DNA from: the human T2T-CHM13v2.0 reference genome, Homo sapiens
Assembly: GCF_009914755.1 (NCBI RefSeq)
Contig: NC_060934.1
DNA: 64,000 nucleotides
Strand: one strand, 5' to 3'
The notes under the pieces were generated by a model. It did not search any database. It was given only the letters and a program-made list of their open reading frames with translations, and had not been told where the DNA came from. The stretch's first letter is position 1, and every line of letters starts with the position of its first letter. Below, one piece after another: positions 40,160-55,055 of this stretch. A program made the translations under genes and the position numbers.

Positions 40160-41350
40160 TTTTTAATGGAAATCAAAAGATAGACGGTAACATGGGGGAA
40201 ACAGGTATAATACATATGAAATAGGATGAATTTTCCTAATTTAAAATGAGCTCATACAAGTCAATATGATAAAGACAAGAAGACACAAGGGCAAAAGGAA
40301 GGAAAAAGAGGGAGAAAGAGGAAGAAGAAAGCACATGAGTGAGCAGTTTACAGAAAGAAACTCACAATGGACCTATGAAAAGATCCTCACCCAGAGGGAA
40401 AGTAAATTTTTAACTTACCAGATTGGCAAAAATGTTAAAACTTGGTGAATGAAAAATGTTGATGGAAGCGTGGGAAAGACATAATCTTGTTTTGTTTTGT
40501 TTTGATTTTTTTTTTTTTTTTAAAAAGGCCAGGCTCACAGCTGTAAGCCCAGTGCTTTGAGAGTCTGATGTGGGAGAACTGCCTGAGGCCAAGAGTATGT
40601 GACCAGCTTGAGAAACACAGTGAGACCCCCATCTCTATAGAAAATACAAAAAACTAGGTGGGCATCGTGGTGCATGCCTGTGGTCCTAGCTACTTGGGAG
40701 GAGCGAGCATTGCTTGAGCCCACGAGTTTGAGGTTGCAATAAGCTATGATTGTGCCACTGCATTGCAGTCTGGGTGAAGAGCGAGACCCTGTCTCGAAAA
40801 AACAAACAATCAGTGACCTTTCCAGAGAAGAATTTGGTGATGTTTATCAAAATTTGAAATGTATTTTCCCACTGATGTAGCAATCCCACTCACAGGAATT
40901 TACCCTACAGGTATGTCAGCAAGATATTTATACGAAAATATTTACAGAAAGGCAGACTGCAATAAATCCAATAGCTAAACACAATCCCCCCAATGGCAAC
41001 TATTAAAACATCCAGAAAAAAGGCAAAAATAAAATCAATTATTATACACCCATAAAATAAAATATTGTACCATCATTAAAGTGAATAAAGAAGATCTGTA
41101 TGTGTTGACAGGAATATATCTCAAAAATAGGTAAAGTACAAAGAAAAAGCTAAGGAACGGTATGTATATTAATCCCTTTATTAAAAATGTAAAAAGCCAA
41201 AAGCAAGATAGACGCAGATATGTGCCAAAATATGTATTTTTTTTTCCTGGAACAAATCACAAGAAATGTAATAACAGTTACAGTGAGAGGAGCCTTTGAC
41301 ATCTCTTTCTAAACTATTTGATATCATTTGTATACTAACGATGTACATGC
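40160..41350 (+). mobile_element. Old L1ME ORF2/3' fragments (interrupted by an Alu)
   Basis: agcaatcccactcacaggaatttaccctacag; cagattggcaaaaatgttaaa. Confidence 0.6.
40527..40808 (+). mobile_element. AluJ
   Basis: Diverged Alu dimer. Confidence 0.88.
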
Positions 41351-42092
41351 ACCATTTTTACTTATTTTCATATTTTAACCATATCCTTTCTTTTACACTC
41401 TGTTCCTCAACAAAACCTAATTAAAAAAAATAAAACCAGAAAATTTAAAGCATTTATAATAAACCTCAACATCTGAAAATCCCAAAATATATTTACCAAA
41501 TCAAAGGCTTTTCAGGAGAGTTCTGAGGAAGAAAAAATACAGCAAAATAAGAGACAAAGTAGAGAAAAAGGGGGCAATGCAGATGGAGATAGATCGAGTA
41601 TCAACTCAGGTTCAAGGACAAGGCTGAGTATTTCTCCCTTTCTAATGTTTTAAACAAACTGATAAATTATGCATTGCATGGTGTATAGAGCAAGAAGCCA
41701 CAAAAAATTAGCAGTTTACAGTTGTAGAATGTGGAAAACAACTGAGAAGAAAAATCTTTGAAAAGCTCTTCTGGAAGAACTATCCCAATTCATGAAAAGC
41801 AGTAAAGAAACACCCTCACAAATGAAAGAAAAATCCTACCATGTACAAATAAAATATACTAGAATGTATTATGAAATCTTTTGGCAAATATTTATAATTC
41901 TTGAGATAAAATCCCAAATTGAATTATTTCACATGCAACTATAATTCTAGGTTATGCTACATATCTTCATAGGCATTAAACAAAAGCCTGGAATGTCATT
42001 TAGCTGAATGTCATTTCAAAAATGTGGCTCCAACTCATTAATATTCATGTATTTATCCAAGGTTTAAGAGATGAACAGTAAAACTAAAATAC

Positions 42093-42189
42093 TTAATCCT
42101 CAAAAGTCCCCTAGTGATGTCACTATGAATAGCACAGGTAATAAAACCACAAAAATGTGAGCATTCTAAGGAAAATGATGAAGTACTAC
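42093..42189. repeat. 97-bp direct repeat, copy 1
   Basis: Identical to 43468-43564 (ttaatcctcaaaagtcccctag...gatgaagtactac). Confidence 0.95.
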
Positions 42190-42311
42190 TGGAAGGAAAA
42201 CCCCACCTAAATATATATATACACACACACATACACATACATGTGCAATTACCTTGTTGAAAAAAATAATAATAAAGGCTCTGAGAAGAAGGGTGGTCTT
42301 GTTTTTCTCCC

Positions 42312-43290
<979 letters not shown>

Positions 43291-43467
43291 CTCCCTTTAC
43301 TAGTAGCATTTCTGCAGTAGGCCCAGTGGCAACGTGCACAAGTAAAAGAGCAAGAATTAGCATTTTTCCAGTTCTGTCCCTATCATGGCTTAAACTGTTT
43401 AACCTCTCTGGATTTGCTAAGTGATATATCATAGAATGTGCCGATAAAAATCTAGGTGAAGAAGTGG

Positions 43468-43564
43468 TTAATCCTCAAAAGTCCCCTAGTGATGTCACTA
43501 TGAATAGCACAGGTAATAAAACCACAAAAATGTGAGCATTCTAAGGAAAATGATGAAGTACTAC
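43468..43564. repeat. 97-bp direct repeat, copy 2
   Basis: Identical to 42093-42189. Confidence 0.95.
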
Positions 43565-43619
43565 ATTTTCTGTATAGAAATTCTGTATTTCTACAATTTC
43601 TGTATAAGAATTCTGTCTG

Positions 43620-43870
43620 CCTAACCCGAGAAAGGGAGAAGCCACCAGGAGCACTTCTCACCTTATTTTCTGTTGATATCTTTGATATCCTTTCTGGTCT
43701 CAGCTCCTATCCACCCTGACCTCCAAACGGCCTCCTCCAATTGTCCCTTCAACCTGGGGTTGGTAATGACTTCCTGCCATTGCATCACCTGTGGAAGTAA
43801 CTTTACCGCATTCCCCCCGCCGTAAATAAGAGTGGCTTTTTTTTCCCCCTGCTAAGCTCTGACTAACCAG
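43620..43870 (+). mobile_element. LTR33-like ERVL LTR 3' part
   Basis: ttgtcccttcaacctggggttggtaatgacttcctgccattgc...gtaaata...ctctgactaac. Confidence 0.45.
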
Positions 43871-44183
43871 TTACAATAGAATGGGTGCCTATACACATGC
43901 TAAAGATTCACTGTGTCTACTCTTGAAAGCCATCATGTACTTCTAGGATTCAAAGTTTAAACCTGAGGAAAACTAAAATAATATACCTTTGTTTGGCCTA
44001 AAAGAGCCAGTTAAACCCCTGAAATATTTTGATTTATAGAGGACTTGCTTGAAAATGGATCCAGCGCCTTAATATCTATTTTTTTTAAGGCTGAACTTTT
44101 GGCTGAATCATTTTCCCTAAATTTGTATCTAAATATCAAAAAATTCATTTAAAAAAAGCTTCCTTTAGACAGTGTATATAGCA

Positions 44184-44358
44184 CAGTGCTGTCCAGTAGA
44201 GCTTTCTGAGATGATGGAATGGTTCTGTATCTGTTCTACATAATATGATAGCCACTAACCACATATGTAGCTATTGAGCACTTGAAATGTGTTAGGTCCA
44301 ACTAAGATTATTAATTTAAATATTCGCATGTGGCTAGTGCCTATTGTATTGGACATCA
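44184..44358 (+). mobile_element. MER3 (hAT-Charlie) DNA transposon
   Basis: cagtgctgtccagtagagctttctgagatgatgg...catgtggctagtgcctattgtattggaca. Confidence 0.8.
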
Positions 44359-44516
44359 AAGGTCTGGCATATGGTCCTCTGTAATCTGAGGAAGGCCTTC
44401 TGCTGCTGGTGGTGTTCTTGTATGCTTTGGCAGGGAACAAGTAGGTATAGAGAAAAGCAACATAGAAATACTAGCCCTTTTATTCATTCTAGTCACAGTT
44501 TAAAAACATTATAACT

Positions 44517-45090
<574 letters not shown>

Positions 45091-45289
45091 AGATTATAAC
45101 AACCCCTAGCCTGCCTGACCTCCCTCCTGCTACTGGCTACAAACATGGACATATAACTTACTCAGATAACTTAGTTAACAAATTCTTAGGGAATAAAATC
45201 CATTCATTTTATTCATATAGATTAGAGTCCAGACCCAGTAGTGAGAGGCACTCACTTTGGAAAGAGGTAATGTTAGAATTATTGCTTTA

Positions 45290-45545
45290 TTTTTCCTTTT
45301 CTTTTTATTTTATTGATACACAATATTTGCACATATTTATGGGGTACATGTGATAGTTTTTGCATGCATAGACTGTGATGATCAACTCAAAGTATTTGAG
45401 ATATCCATGACCTCCAGTATTTATTATTTCCATGTGCTGGGAACATTTCAAGTCCTCTCACCTAGCTACATCAAAATATACAATACATTGTTGTTAACTA
45501 TAGTCACCCTACTCTGCTATCAAACACAAAAACTTATTCTAACTG
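45290..45545 (-). mobile_element. L1MA 3' end
   Basis: acatatttatggggtacatgtg...ttgttaactatagtcaccctactctgctatcaaac. Confidence 0.8.
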
Positions 45546-45884
45546 GATGTTTCTGTTTTTCCTATTCTTCAACCTCGCTGGATATAATCCCATTTATTCC
45601 CTGAACTGTTCCTGTCCATTCCATACTCTTTTCCCAAAAGGATTCCTCTACAGTCTTCCCAAGACCATATGGTTTTCATACAACATATCTCTATGTACCC
45701 TGGCACTACTGAAACTGTGACAGACATTCCCTTTGAAGTAGACTGTGATGACTAGTTTGTCAGTTACAAACATTTAATTTCATATCTCTGACCTTTACTT
45801 GGACATAATCAAAATAAATGACAACAGATTTCTCAATTCTCCTGAGAATTTTGCTCCTAAAAGTAAATGCTAAATATTAGCAAT

Positions 45885-46029
45885 AGATAACTTCAGGAAA
45901 CTCTTTCGATATATCAACGGGAATATAAGACTATAAAGAGGACAATTATATAGGAACAGATAACTTCAGGAAACTCTTTCAATATATCAACGGGAATATA
46001 AGAATATAAAAAGGACAATTATATAGGAA
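45885..46029. repeat. 73-bp tandem duplication (3 mismatches)
   Basis: agataacttcaggaaactc...atataggaa at 45885-45956 and 45958-46029. Confidence 0.93.
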
Positions 46030-47268
46030 AGTACCACAGGCTCTGGAACCCAAAATGCCTAAGAAACTATATACAGCCTATTATCCTGAGAACCAAATGA
46101 AAGTATATTTCATAAGTCTACAAGAATTTTAACAATATAAAATCACACTGAAAAATTCTGTGAAATTTTGTCTATGAACTGCTTTGGGTGAAAATTTCTG
46201 TAGTTGTTTAGTAATCTGTGCAATTTAAATGAGAATTATAGGACACACTAACTAGCAAAGTAGGAATTAGTTTACCTTGTAATTTTAACAATGTACTCTA
46301 GTTTCTTTTACTCGTTTACATGAGTCACTCACAGAACAGAACACCACATTTCCCACATGAATAAGCACTCAATGACATTCATTTTTCTTCTCAACGTTTT
46401 CTAAATTGCAATAAAAAAGATAATAATATTATGATGGTCATGACACTCTTGTGTTGCAAGTCAGATAGGAAAGGGCATTCAAGGTGAAGACAAGCAAACC
46501 TGGGGAAGCCAGCTGGTCCTTAGAGTGCAGTGTTATCTGGGGAGACTCACATAGTCCAAGGCTGTCCTTTAGTCTTGCAAATTTATAAATACAATGATCA
46601 GAAAAGCATTCATACTGACCACACTTGTGGTGACATTAAAGTAAAAACTCGAGCTGAATACCTTATTGTGAGAATGTAAACCATCAGGTGGGTTGTTTGC
46701 TGGCATGTCTGATGGCAGATCTCTGAAAAGCATAGTTACATGAAGTGGCCAAATTACCATGAGAAGGATGCATAGTGGGCATGGAACAAAAATATGTTCT
46801 GTGTCTTCCTGTGTGGCCTGACACTGTGCACTGTGAGGTTAAGGAGGACTCAGCGGTATTCACCGATGAGGGCAAGACCAATCTCTAATTCAGATTTGGA
46901 ACTTAGGCAGATTTCAAAAGCCCTCAGACAGCCCCACCATAGGGGAAGACCCATATGGAGACCTGGTAATGCCGCCCTAGGGGTAAGGCACCTTCTCTGT
47001 AGCTAGGCCAAGTTGGCCTCTCAAATTCAGTCTCCCATCCCAGTCTTCAAGTTCTACTTCTCTAAATTCCTCTTCAGACAATTTCCCTCTCAGAATAACA
47101 TGTTAGTTCCTTTAATCAAGTTATAGTTCTATAACCAAGTTATGGTCTCTTGTTGTATGTTTGCTGTGATACATTCATTATAGGTTAGTTTAATAATTTC
47201 TTTTGGAGTCAGGTCTTTCTTTCCAAATTGAGAAGAGGGAAAGGTATATATAGTACACATACTATTAC

Positions 47269-47369
47269 CTGAGGGCCCTCATGTATGGCATATACACCAT
47301 ACTCGTGGTAGAAGCCAATAATTCCAGTGAAATGAAAGCTTTGGAATTTCAAGGAAGAAGGAGGGACCT
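47269..47369 (-). other. Candidate 101-nt exon (unverified)
   Basis: Acceptor with a T-rich tract ending ttcaag|AGG, donor CAG|gtaata. Confidence 0.15.
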
Positions 47370-49702
47370 CTTGAAAAAACAAATGAATAAACCTATAACC
47401 ACACTCTGTATTTAAAGAATTCATTGAATGCCAAGCTTAAACTCTTTAAAAAATACAAGCTAATAGACCTATGGTGTGGATAATGAGGCATATTGTTCCA
47501 CTCCACCTTGACTTAAATCTGTTTGTTCCTTTATGTCTAGGACGTGTTTGAGCCTTTTGGTGAGACCCTTGCTTCAAAAGGGGGGAAAAAAACAATTCTA
47601 TTTTTACATCTGTTAACTCAGCACAAGTCTAGAACTTGGGATTTTGGTACCAATTACTGCAAAATTACAAGTTGATGCCCAGGAGCCTTGTAAATACACA
47701 ATCAGCTTTCAAACATTTTCAGCAACACTTCCTGCAGTGCGTGGTAATTTCTAGTCTCATCCATATCTGAGAAATCAAAGTGACAGAATGCACCTAAAGT
47801 GGATAAATTGTTTTATGGGGTCTCAAGAATTGTGGTCACTGGTTCCACCTGAAATTTTAAACTGCCTAGTCTTTCTTTTAGTTTATTTATTATCAGCTTG
47901 ACTTTCAGTTTGGTTTGAGTATCAAACTCTCCTCTTCTGACCCCATAGAACTATGCAATTTTGTATCACCAGTTCAGGATTCTCTGTTAGGATCACCAGG
48001 TTTCTTTGCCAATACTGCTTACCCAGCAACTCAGGGGCGGCTTGAGGCCATCAGAGTCTGGAACACCACCGTCTACTTCTGTATGATAAGGAAAGTTAAT
48101 TAAACTTGAAAGTTAGCTTAATGAAGGCCTCTAAGCACTAGCAGGGCTTAGTCTATGTTAGTAATTTCTGAGAAGTATGTTTTCATCTGTGCGCCAGTCA
48201 CATTTCACATGCCCCTTATGCTGGAACTGCTGTGCTCCCCTTGGGCAGCCACCACCTGAGAGGGATGAGCTGGCTGTGAATTGTCCCAATGATGTGAGGG
48301 GACAGATTTCCTTCCAGATACCCATAGAGAGGCAAGCTGCTGGGGGCAGAGGGTACTAACACTCACTCCACTAGAGGATTCAAGTCACATGTTTATGTGA
48401 GGTTTACACAATTCAATGCAATAGGGACACTGAGAAAGAAAATCAAGACCACTTTTCAAAAAAATTCCTAACTTCAATTCTCCAAACTGAAAAAGCGCCT
48501 CTTCCTAAGCCATGGAACTTTTCATTGCTGGACCTCTTATTGCCATCTCCCTGGAAAATTAACAGAAATGCAAAACAGTCTGCCTTTATAAGGTAGACAA
48601 CAGACGGATTGTGAATACTCTGAAATCTTCCCATCCAACCCCTATCACCTACAAAAATTCACACCATTAAGTCAAATACATACAATGCCAATGGCTCTTA
48701 CGGATAAGCTACACACTGCTATAGCTTGCTTGATACACAAGTGGAAGTGACAGAAAGGGTGATCACATGAAAGCTTTATCTTTTCAGGCAAGGCTGAGAG
48801 GGTATAAGAAATCACTAAGATGACAAAATTGACACATTTGCACATACATTTGCTAGGTGTGCTGCTTACACCTTAAGGCATGGAAAAACATATTTAAGAG
48901 ACATAATATCAAGAGTAAGATTAAAAAATAGAATTACACTGCTTAAGAACAAACATTACATGTTTTTATAGTGGAACAATTCACAAATGCAGAAGTTATA
49001 TTATTGGCTAATTCCAGACTGATAAGAAATAGATGACTCTTGTTTTCCATGCAACTTATGCCTCCCTCTAATAAGTGCTTCTCACTTTAGTGCATATTCT
49101 TCATTCCCTACAAGGCCAAAGTGATATCTGTAAAGACATTTACTTCTCCTAAGATTTATCACCTTTGGAAAACAGGAGCCCTTTTATTTTTAATATTTTA
49201 ACTATTAAAAAATCTAACTTCCTTATATATCCTCCTTCCAAATCTTACATTTTAAAAAGCATCAGTCAATTCTATTAACCTGGAAAATGTAAATTTGAAA
49301 AAAAAAGTTATCTCTTGTGACTGTGCCTAAGGACTGTGCTACATAATTTACATGTATATCTTGTTTATTCCTCTAAGCCCTATGAAATAGAGATTTGGTT
49401 TTCACAGATAAAGAAACTTGCCCCAAATCACACAGCAAGTTAAACTGGCAGGGCTGAGATTCCAGCAAAGGTGTATCTGACTCTCAAACCACGATAATAT
49501 ATTCCTCCAGGAAACAAAGCAAATATTTCACCGTGCTGCTGATGATAAAATGTGTACACTGTATACACTTGCAGATTTCAGCATACATTAACTCTCAAAG
49601 GCCTTTTATAAACATACTGTTAAAGCTACTTGGTGATTTCGTTAAAGCAAAGATTGGCATTCAAATGTCAGAAACAGAAATACATACATTGAACTTGTAA
49701 GC

Positions 49703-49924
49703 CAGGATTTCTCGACCATAACACTACTGACATTTTGGACAGGATAACTCTTTGCTGTGGGGCCTCTGTCCTGTGCACTGTAGGATGTTTAGCAGTATCC
49801 ATGGCAGTATCCACTAAGTGCCACTAGCACACCTCCCCAACCCCAGCTGTGACAATCAAAAACGTGTCCAAATATACCAAATTTTCCCTGGGGGTTTAAA
49901 ATTGCACCCTGCAGAGAACCATTG
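49703..49924 (+). mobile_element. MER20 (hAT-Charlie)
   Basis: cactactgacattttggacaggataactctttg...gtgcactgtaggatgtttagcag...gagaaccattg. Confidence 0.88.
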
Positions 49925-50313
49925 AGTTAAGCTAATCACCCAAGATCATAACAACTGGTTGAAGACTGTACTGATCTGATTTGGACTGGAGATAAGAAAG
50001 AGGTCTCCTAAAACCTAGTTTAGTGAAGATTTCTCATACACCAAACTATAGCTCCTTAACAGAAAGCACTTATTAAACTGGACAAAATGTACAGACTTCA
50101 AAATGTGACCATCTCTCTTTTACCACATTGGTAATAGTAAATAAATATAAAGTATCATTTCTCAGCTTAAAAGTTTTTAATTTTTTAATTTTTTTTCTGT
50201 GGACCTCATCTGATTGAAAGTCTCTCAGCTTTTACACTAAGGTGAAGACGCCTATTGTTTTTGGACCACTGTTCAAATAACAGTTACTAGACACTCTCCA
50301 AAACCTAATTACA

Positions 50314-50597
50314 GCCAGGCACAGTGGTTCACACCTGTCATCCCAGCACTTTGAGAGGCTGAGGTAGAAGCATTGCTTGAGTCCACAAGTTTGAGTTCGA
50401 GACCAACCTAGGCAACACAGTGAGACCTTGTCTCTGCAAAATATTAAAAAATTAGCCAGGCATGGTGGCACACCTGTAGTCTCAGCTACTCAGCAGGCTG
50501 AGGTGGGAAGACTGCTTGAGGTTGCAGTGAGTCGAGATCATGATGCTGCACTCCAGCCTGGGCAACAGAGCAAGACTCTGCCTGAAAAAACAACAAC
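50314..50597 (+). mobile_element. AluJ
   Basis: Alu dimer; TSD aaccta(a/t)ttac. Confidence 0.9.
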
Positions 50598-51059
50598 TAA
50601 CCTATTTACCACATTCTGGATATGTGTTTAAACACAAACCCAGAAATGTGCATAATATTGCCTGAAGTAGTAGTAGTGACAGTAGTTAACAGCAGCAACA
50701 ACAGAAGACTAGGATCTAATATATACAATTTACTATCCGATTCTGCTTTAAGCACTTTACATGGATTATATAATTTAATCCTTCAACATCTTCAACAGCC
50801 CTCTAAGGTAGGTATTATTACTATTATTTGTATTTTATGAATGAAGAAATAGAGGCATAAAGAACTCAAATAACTTGCCCAGAGTCTGGCTTTGGAGTCT
50901 CTATTCGTAACCACTATCTACAGTGCTTCAAAGAACGACGCAATTATCATCTCCTTGGTTCCAAATACCCTATCTCTTGTACTGTGTGAAGTTTTTCCCA
51001 CCAGCTGTACCATATGCCTTTCTCAAGCGACACTATCGACACCTTGCTCAAGTCTGACA

Positions 51060-51740
<681 letters not shown>

Positions 51741-52479
51741 AGGTGTTCTGTGTCAACTAGATGGTGCAGGTGATGATGTGGGGCTGTCAGCAATGCCTAG
51801 TCCTGGAATATTTCATGGTATTTCATGGTCTTCGATGAAGGTGGCATTATTCTCTTGTATGATGATATGCCCACAGATGGACTCTCTCAGAAATGGATGC
51901 TCTGATCAGACACGCTGAGACTTTCTCACCTCCACATAACTAGTTTTAGCTCTCACAGAGTGTGCCTTTCATGAACTCACCATTCTTAAAACAGGTTCAA
52001 CGCTAATCTAGGTGCTAACGTAAATTTAAAAATATTTCACTTAGCATATAAAATACTGCAGGTATGCACTCACAAACAGGGGATTCAACTAGAGAAAGCC
52101 TGAATAGCACTTGTGACACGCAAGAGGAAAATGCACACCCTGAATTAAAAGGTCTTCAGAAAAAAAGCAGAAGAAAGTTACCGGAGTTCAGCAACACTAA
52201 GGCGGCCATGTGCATTAAAGAGCTCATTAAGAGTAGGGCTTTCTCAGTTAATATTTGAAAGCCGTAGCCTTCTAGAGTAAATGCATAATTCCTTGAACTT
52301 TGATAATTTGGCGCTGGGACAATGAGGCACTTTTAAATCACTTAAAAATCTGCTTTGAACCAAGAACCTCCTCTGGATCATTTTAAACAGAAAAATCAAC
52401 ACCATTTTAGGAGCAATTGGAGCCACATAGGAAAAATAACCAACCTTAAATGCTAACTTCCAACATAAACTAAATTAAC

Positions 52480-52640
52480 TAGCTGTGAAATTTGGAGCAG
52501 GTAATATAACCTTACTGAGCCTGTTCTTCAACTATAAAACAGGGTCAAAAATACCTCCACCTCTTAGGACTATTGTGAAAACTAAATGAAGTAATGTATA
52601 CAAAGCATCTCAGTGCCTGATAAAGGAGATCCTTAAATAT
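52480..52640 (+). mobile_element. MIR
   Basis: tagctgtgaaatttggagcagg...ctgagcctgttc...tattgtgaaaactaaatgaagtaatgtatacaaagc. Confidence 0.7.
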
Positions 52641-53030
52641 TCAGCTTTTATACAACTATTAGGTGAAACTAATAAAATTCCAAATTTAATTATCTCTTTG
52701 GATTTGAGGCATCTTAGAGATATAATAAAATATTATCCCATTCTCACCACCTGAGGGGGCTTTTTCAACTGTCTCAGTGACTTGAGAACCGTGGGCTTAG
52801 GCCATTTCTCCCAAGTTTACATGCTATTTCTCAAAGAGGATTCTACACTGTTACCTTTTACACAGAGCCATTTGATCAGTTCAACTCGGAGCAAAAGGGC
52901 TTAACAATTAACCTATGAGCTTGAAAACAGTGTTACTAGGAGCTCATAGGGTAACTTAAAGTTTCTAACAAATTATTTTAATTATTCCATTTAGAAGTGG
53001 TTTCTTTCTAGGGAAGTTTCCTTTATAGAA

Positions 53031-53120
53031 CTAAAAAAAAAAAAAAAAAAAAAAGCCAGCTGCGAAGAATTTTCTTTCTCTCGCTAAAAAAAGCCAGCTG
53101 CAAAGAATTTTCTTCCTCTC
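53031..53120. repeat. Tandem duplication with an A-run expanded in copy 1
   Basis: ct(A)n gccagctgc(g/a)aagaattttctt(t/c)ctctc x2. Confidence 0.85.
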
Positions 53121-53608
53121 TCCATGACAGTCTATCTTTTAACCTCATCACAGTCTCTATCTTCATAAATGCATGTGTAATGATGCTATTCGTGACTTGC
53201 TCATTCATATTCATAACTTCATAATTCAGTTTACAAGTCTTCCCACCATCCTTTATGTTACTGGGACGTCTTTAACCTGTCTTTCCTGTACGCAGTCAGT
53301 GTTTCTGATCATGATAACTTCCCTGTTGCATTGTGTATATCCTCAGTCGTCACAGGATTCCACTTTCCCTGTCCCCTACCTCCCCAAACTCTTGCAAGAA
53401 AATAAGTTACTTGGCATCATACAACTGCACTAATTTCTTATGTAGAAAAGCGGGTTTTTTAAGTGGCTCACTGGACTTATTTCTACATAAATTTAAAAGC
53501 GGTAACTCAATTGGATAAAAATGTTATGATAAATATTTGTAGCATTCAGGGTAACAGAATTTAGGTCTCCAGATTTCCTATTTTGGTATAACTACACAAA
53601 ACAAACAC

Positions 53609-53642
53609 AAAAATAAAATAAAATAAAATAAAATAAAATAAA
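53609..53642. repeat. (AAAAT)n microsatellite
   Basis: Direct reading. Confidence 0.85.
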
Positions 53643-54229
53643 TGTCATGCATTCTTCTCCATGTATTTATTGACAAATTCCACAAGAGCGATTACCTGGC
53701 CACACTAAATAGAAAGCACAGTTATGGAGTAAACACGCTCAGTCCAAAACACAGGGGCACGTGCATCCTTGTGGCACTTAGTACCAAGCTCATTCACAAG
53801 CCAGCTTCCAACCAACCAAAGGAGTTGCCAAAAGGGCTGTTTCGTACAGGGACTGGAGTTTGAGAAAGTGAGTACTTCCCCAAAACTTAATAACCAATCT
53901 GTAGACACAATCCCGTTCTCTCAAAAACTGCCATTAGGAAGACTTGATAACCCCAAACAGAAACCACCCCCTACCCTTGGTTCTCATGCCACGGCAGTTA
54001 GCATCACGCAATATAAAGAGCATTTGTTGACTGATCCTACCCATATCCTGACCCACTGCTTCAGCAACTGCACTGAACCTTCTCAGGTGTAAATAGCTAG
54101 TGCCTATTTGATCATTAAAGCAGGATGCAGGAAAAATAAAGATTTCCCTTTACTTCGCCGTAGTAGAATTGGCACTGATTGCGGTATTTTAATCGGTTCA
54201 CACCGTCTGTTAGTGTATTCTAATGAACC

Positions 54230-54700
54230 ACAGCATCTCCGGAGCAACACTTACGGTCTCTCGTCCCCGGAGGCAGTGTCTCCTGGAAAGTTCCTGGGGC
54301 ACCAAGTTTGCGCGCGGCTCCTCGCGCTCAGGGTGCGCGCAGCCAGCCCTGGCGCGGGCGGAAAGGCGAGCGCGCTGAGCGGCGCGCAGACCCCGGGCGC
54401 GGCTCTTGCTGGGCGCCCGCGCCTTGATCGGTCCCGGCGGTCCCGTTCCCCTGCTTGCCGGGCCCTGGTGCTAGGACAGCGGCGCTGCGGAGCCCGGCGT
54501 CTGGAGCTGGCGGGCGGCCGGATGCGCCGATCCTCTCCCGGGGGGTCAACTGCGAGCTAGACGCCCAGCCGGACCTCAGAGGCTCCAAGAGCGGGGTTGG
54601 CGGGTGTGGCCCGGCAGCAGAGGGTTTTTGGAATGCAGGGTGTGGCCCTCTACCACGGCAAAAAAGAAATGAGTCAGCCCGTTCAGTCCTAACCAATAAG
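54230..54700. promoter_or_regulatory. CpG island / promoter
   Basis: Only CpG-dense non-Alu stretch in the window; GC boxes at 54356 and 54512, GGAATG at 54630, AP-1 TGAGTCA at 54670, CCAAT at 54693. Confidence 0.85.
54255..54560 (-). other. Probable non-coding first exon of a minus-strand transcript (5' end uncertain)
   Basis: Donor GAGACC|gtaagtg at 54255/54254 at the island edge; no minus-strand ATG in 54255-54640. Confidence 0.6.
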
Positions 54701-55055
54701 CATGTTCAGTGTCGGTTAAGGCGGAACTTTCCTTTCTTGATTTATACCAAGCTTAGAAGCCTTTCACAGCCTTTTCTTTACGCCTTTGACAACTTCGACA
54801 CAACTTCTAGAAAAGGGTAGGTTGCCTTTGAAAACGCTTGGGAAACAAGGATTAATCTTACGAAAGATACTTCAGTGGATGTACATTAGTTTCGATTAGT
54901 AAAAGTTTTTGAGTTAGGCAGAGATACTGGGTGCAAAGAGGTGGGACCTGGTATCAAAGCAGATTTGGATCAGACCTCTGACACTGTGTGGCCTTGAGTA
55001 AGTTAATTATCATCAATAAGGGGGCTAAAATGCCCACCTAACAGTTTACAGATTA

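Noticed and set aside
51769-51920. Box C/D snoRNA (RTGATGA ... CTGA) or pseudogene fragment
   Set aside because: No terminal stem, box spacing unconvincing, opposite strand to the inferred host transcript, and no recognisable antisense element or protein match
54108-54820. The 150-, 122- and 121-aa ORFs over the CpG island as protein-coding genes
   Set aside because: Low-complexity R/G/A/P peptides expected from stop-poor GC-rich DNA; alternative (non-ATG) starts; no recognisable domain
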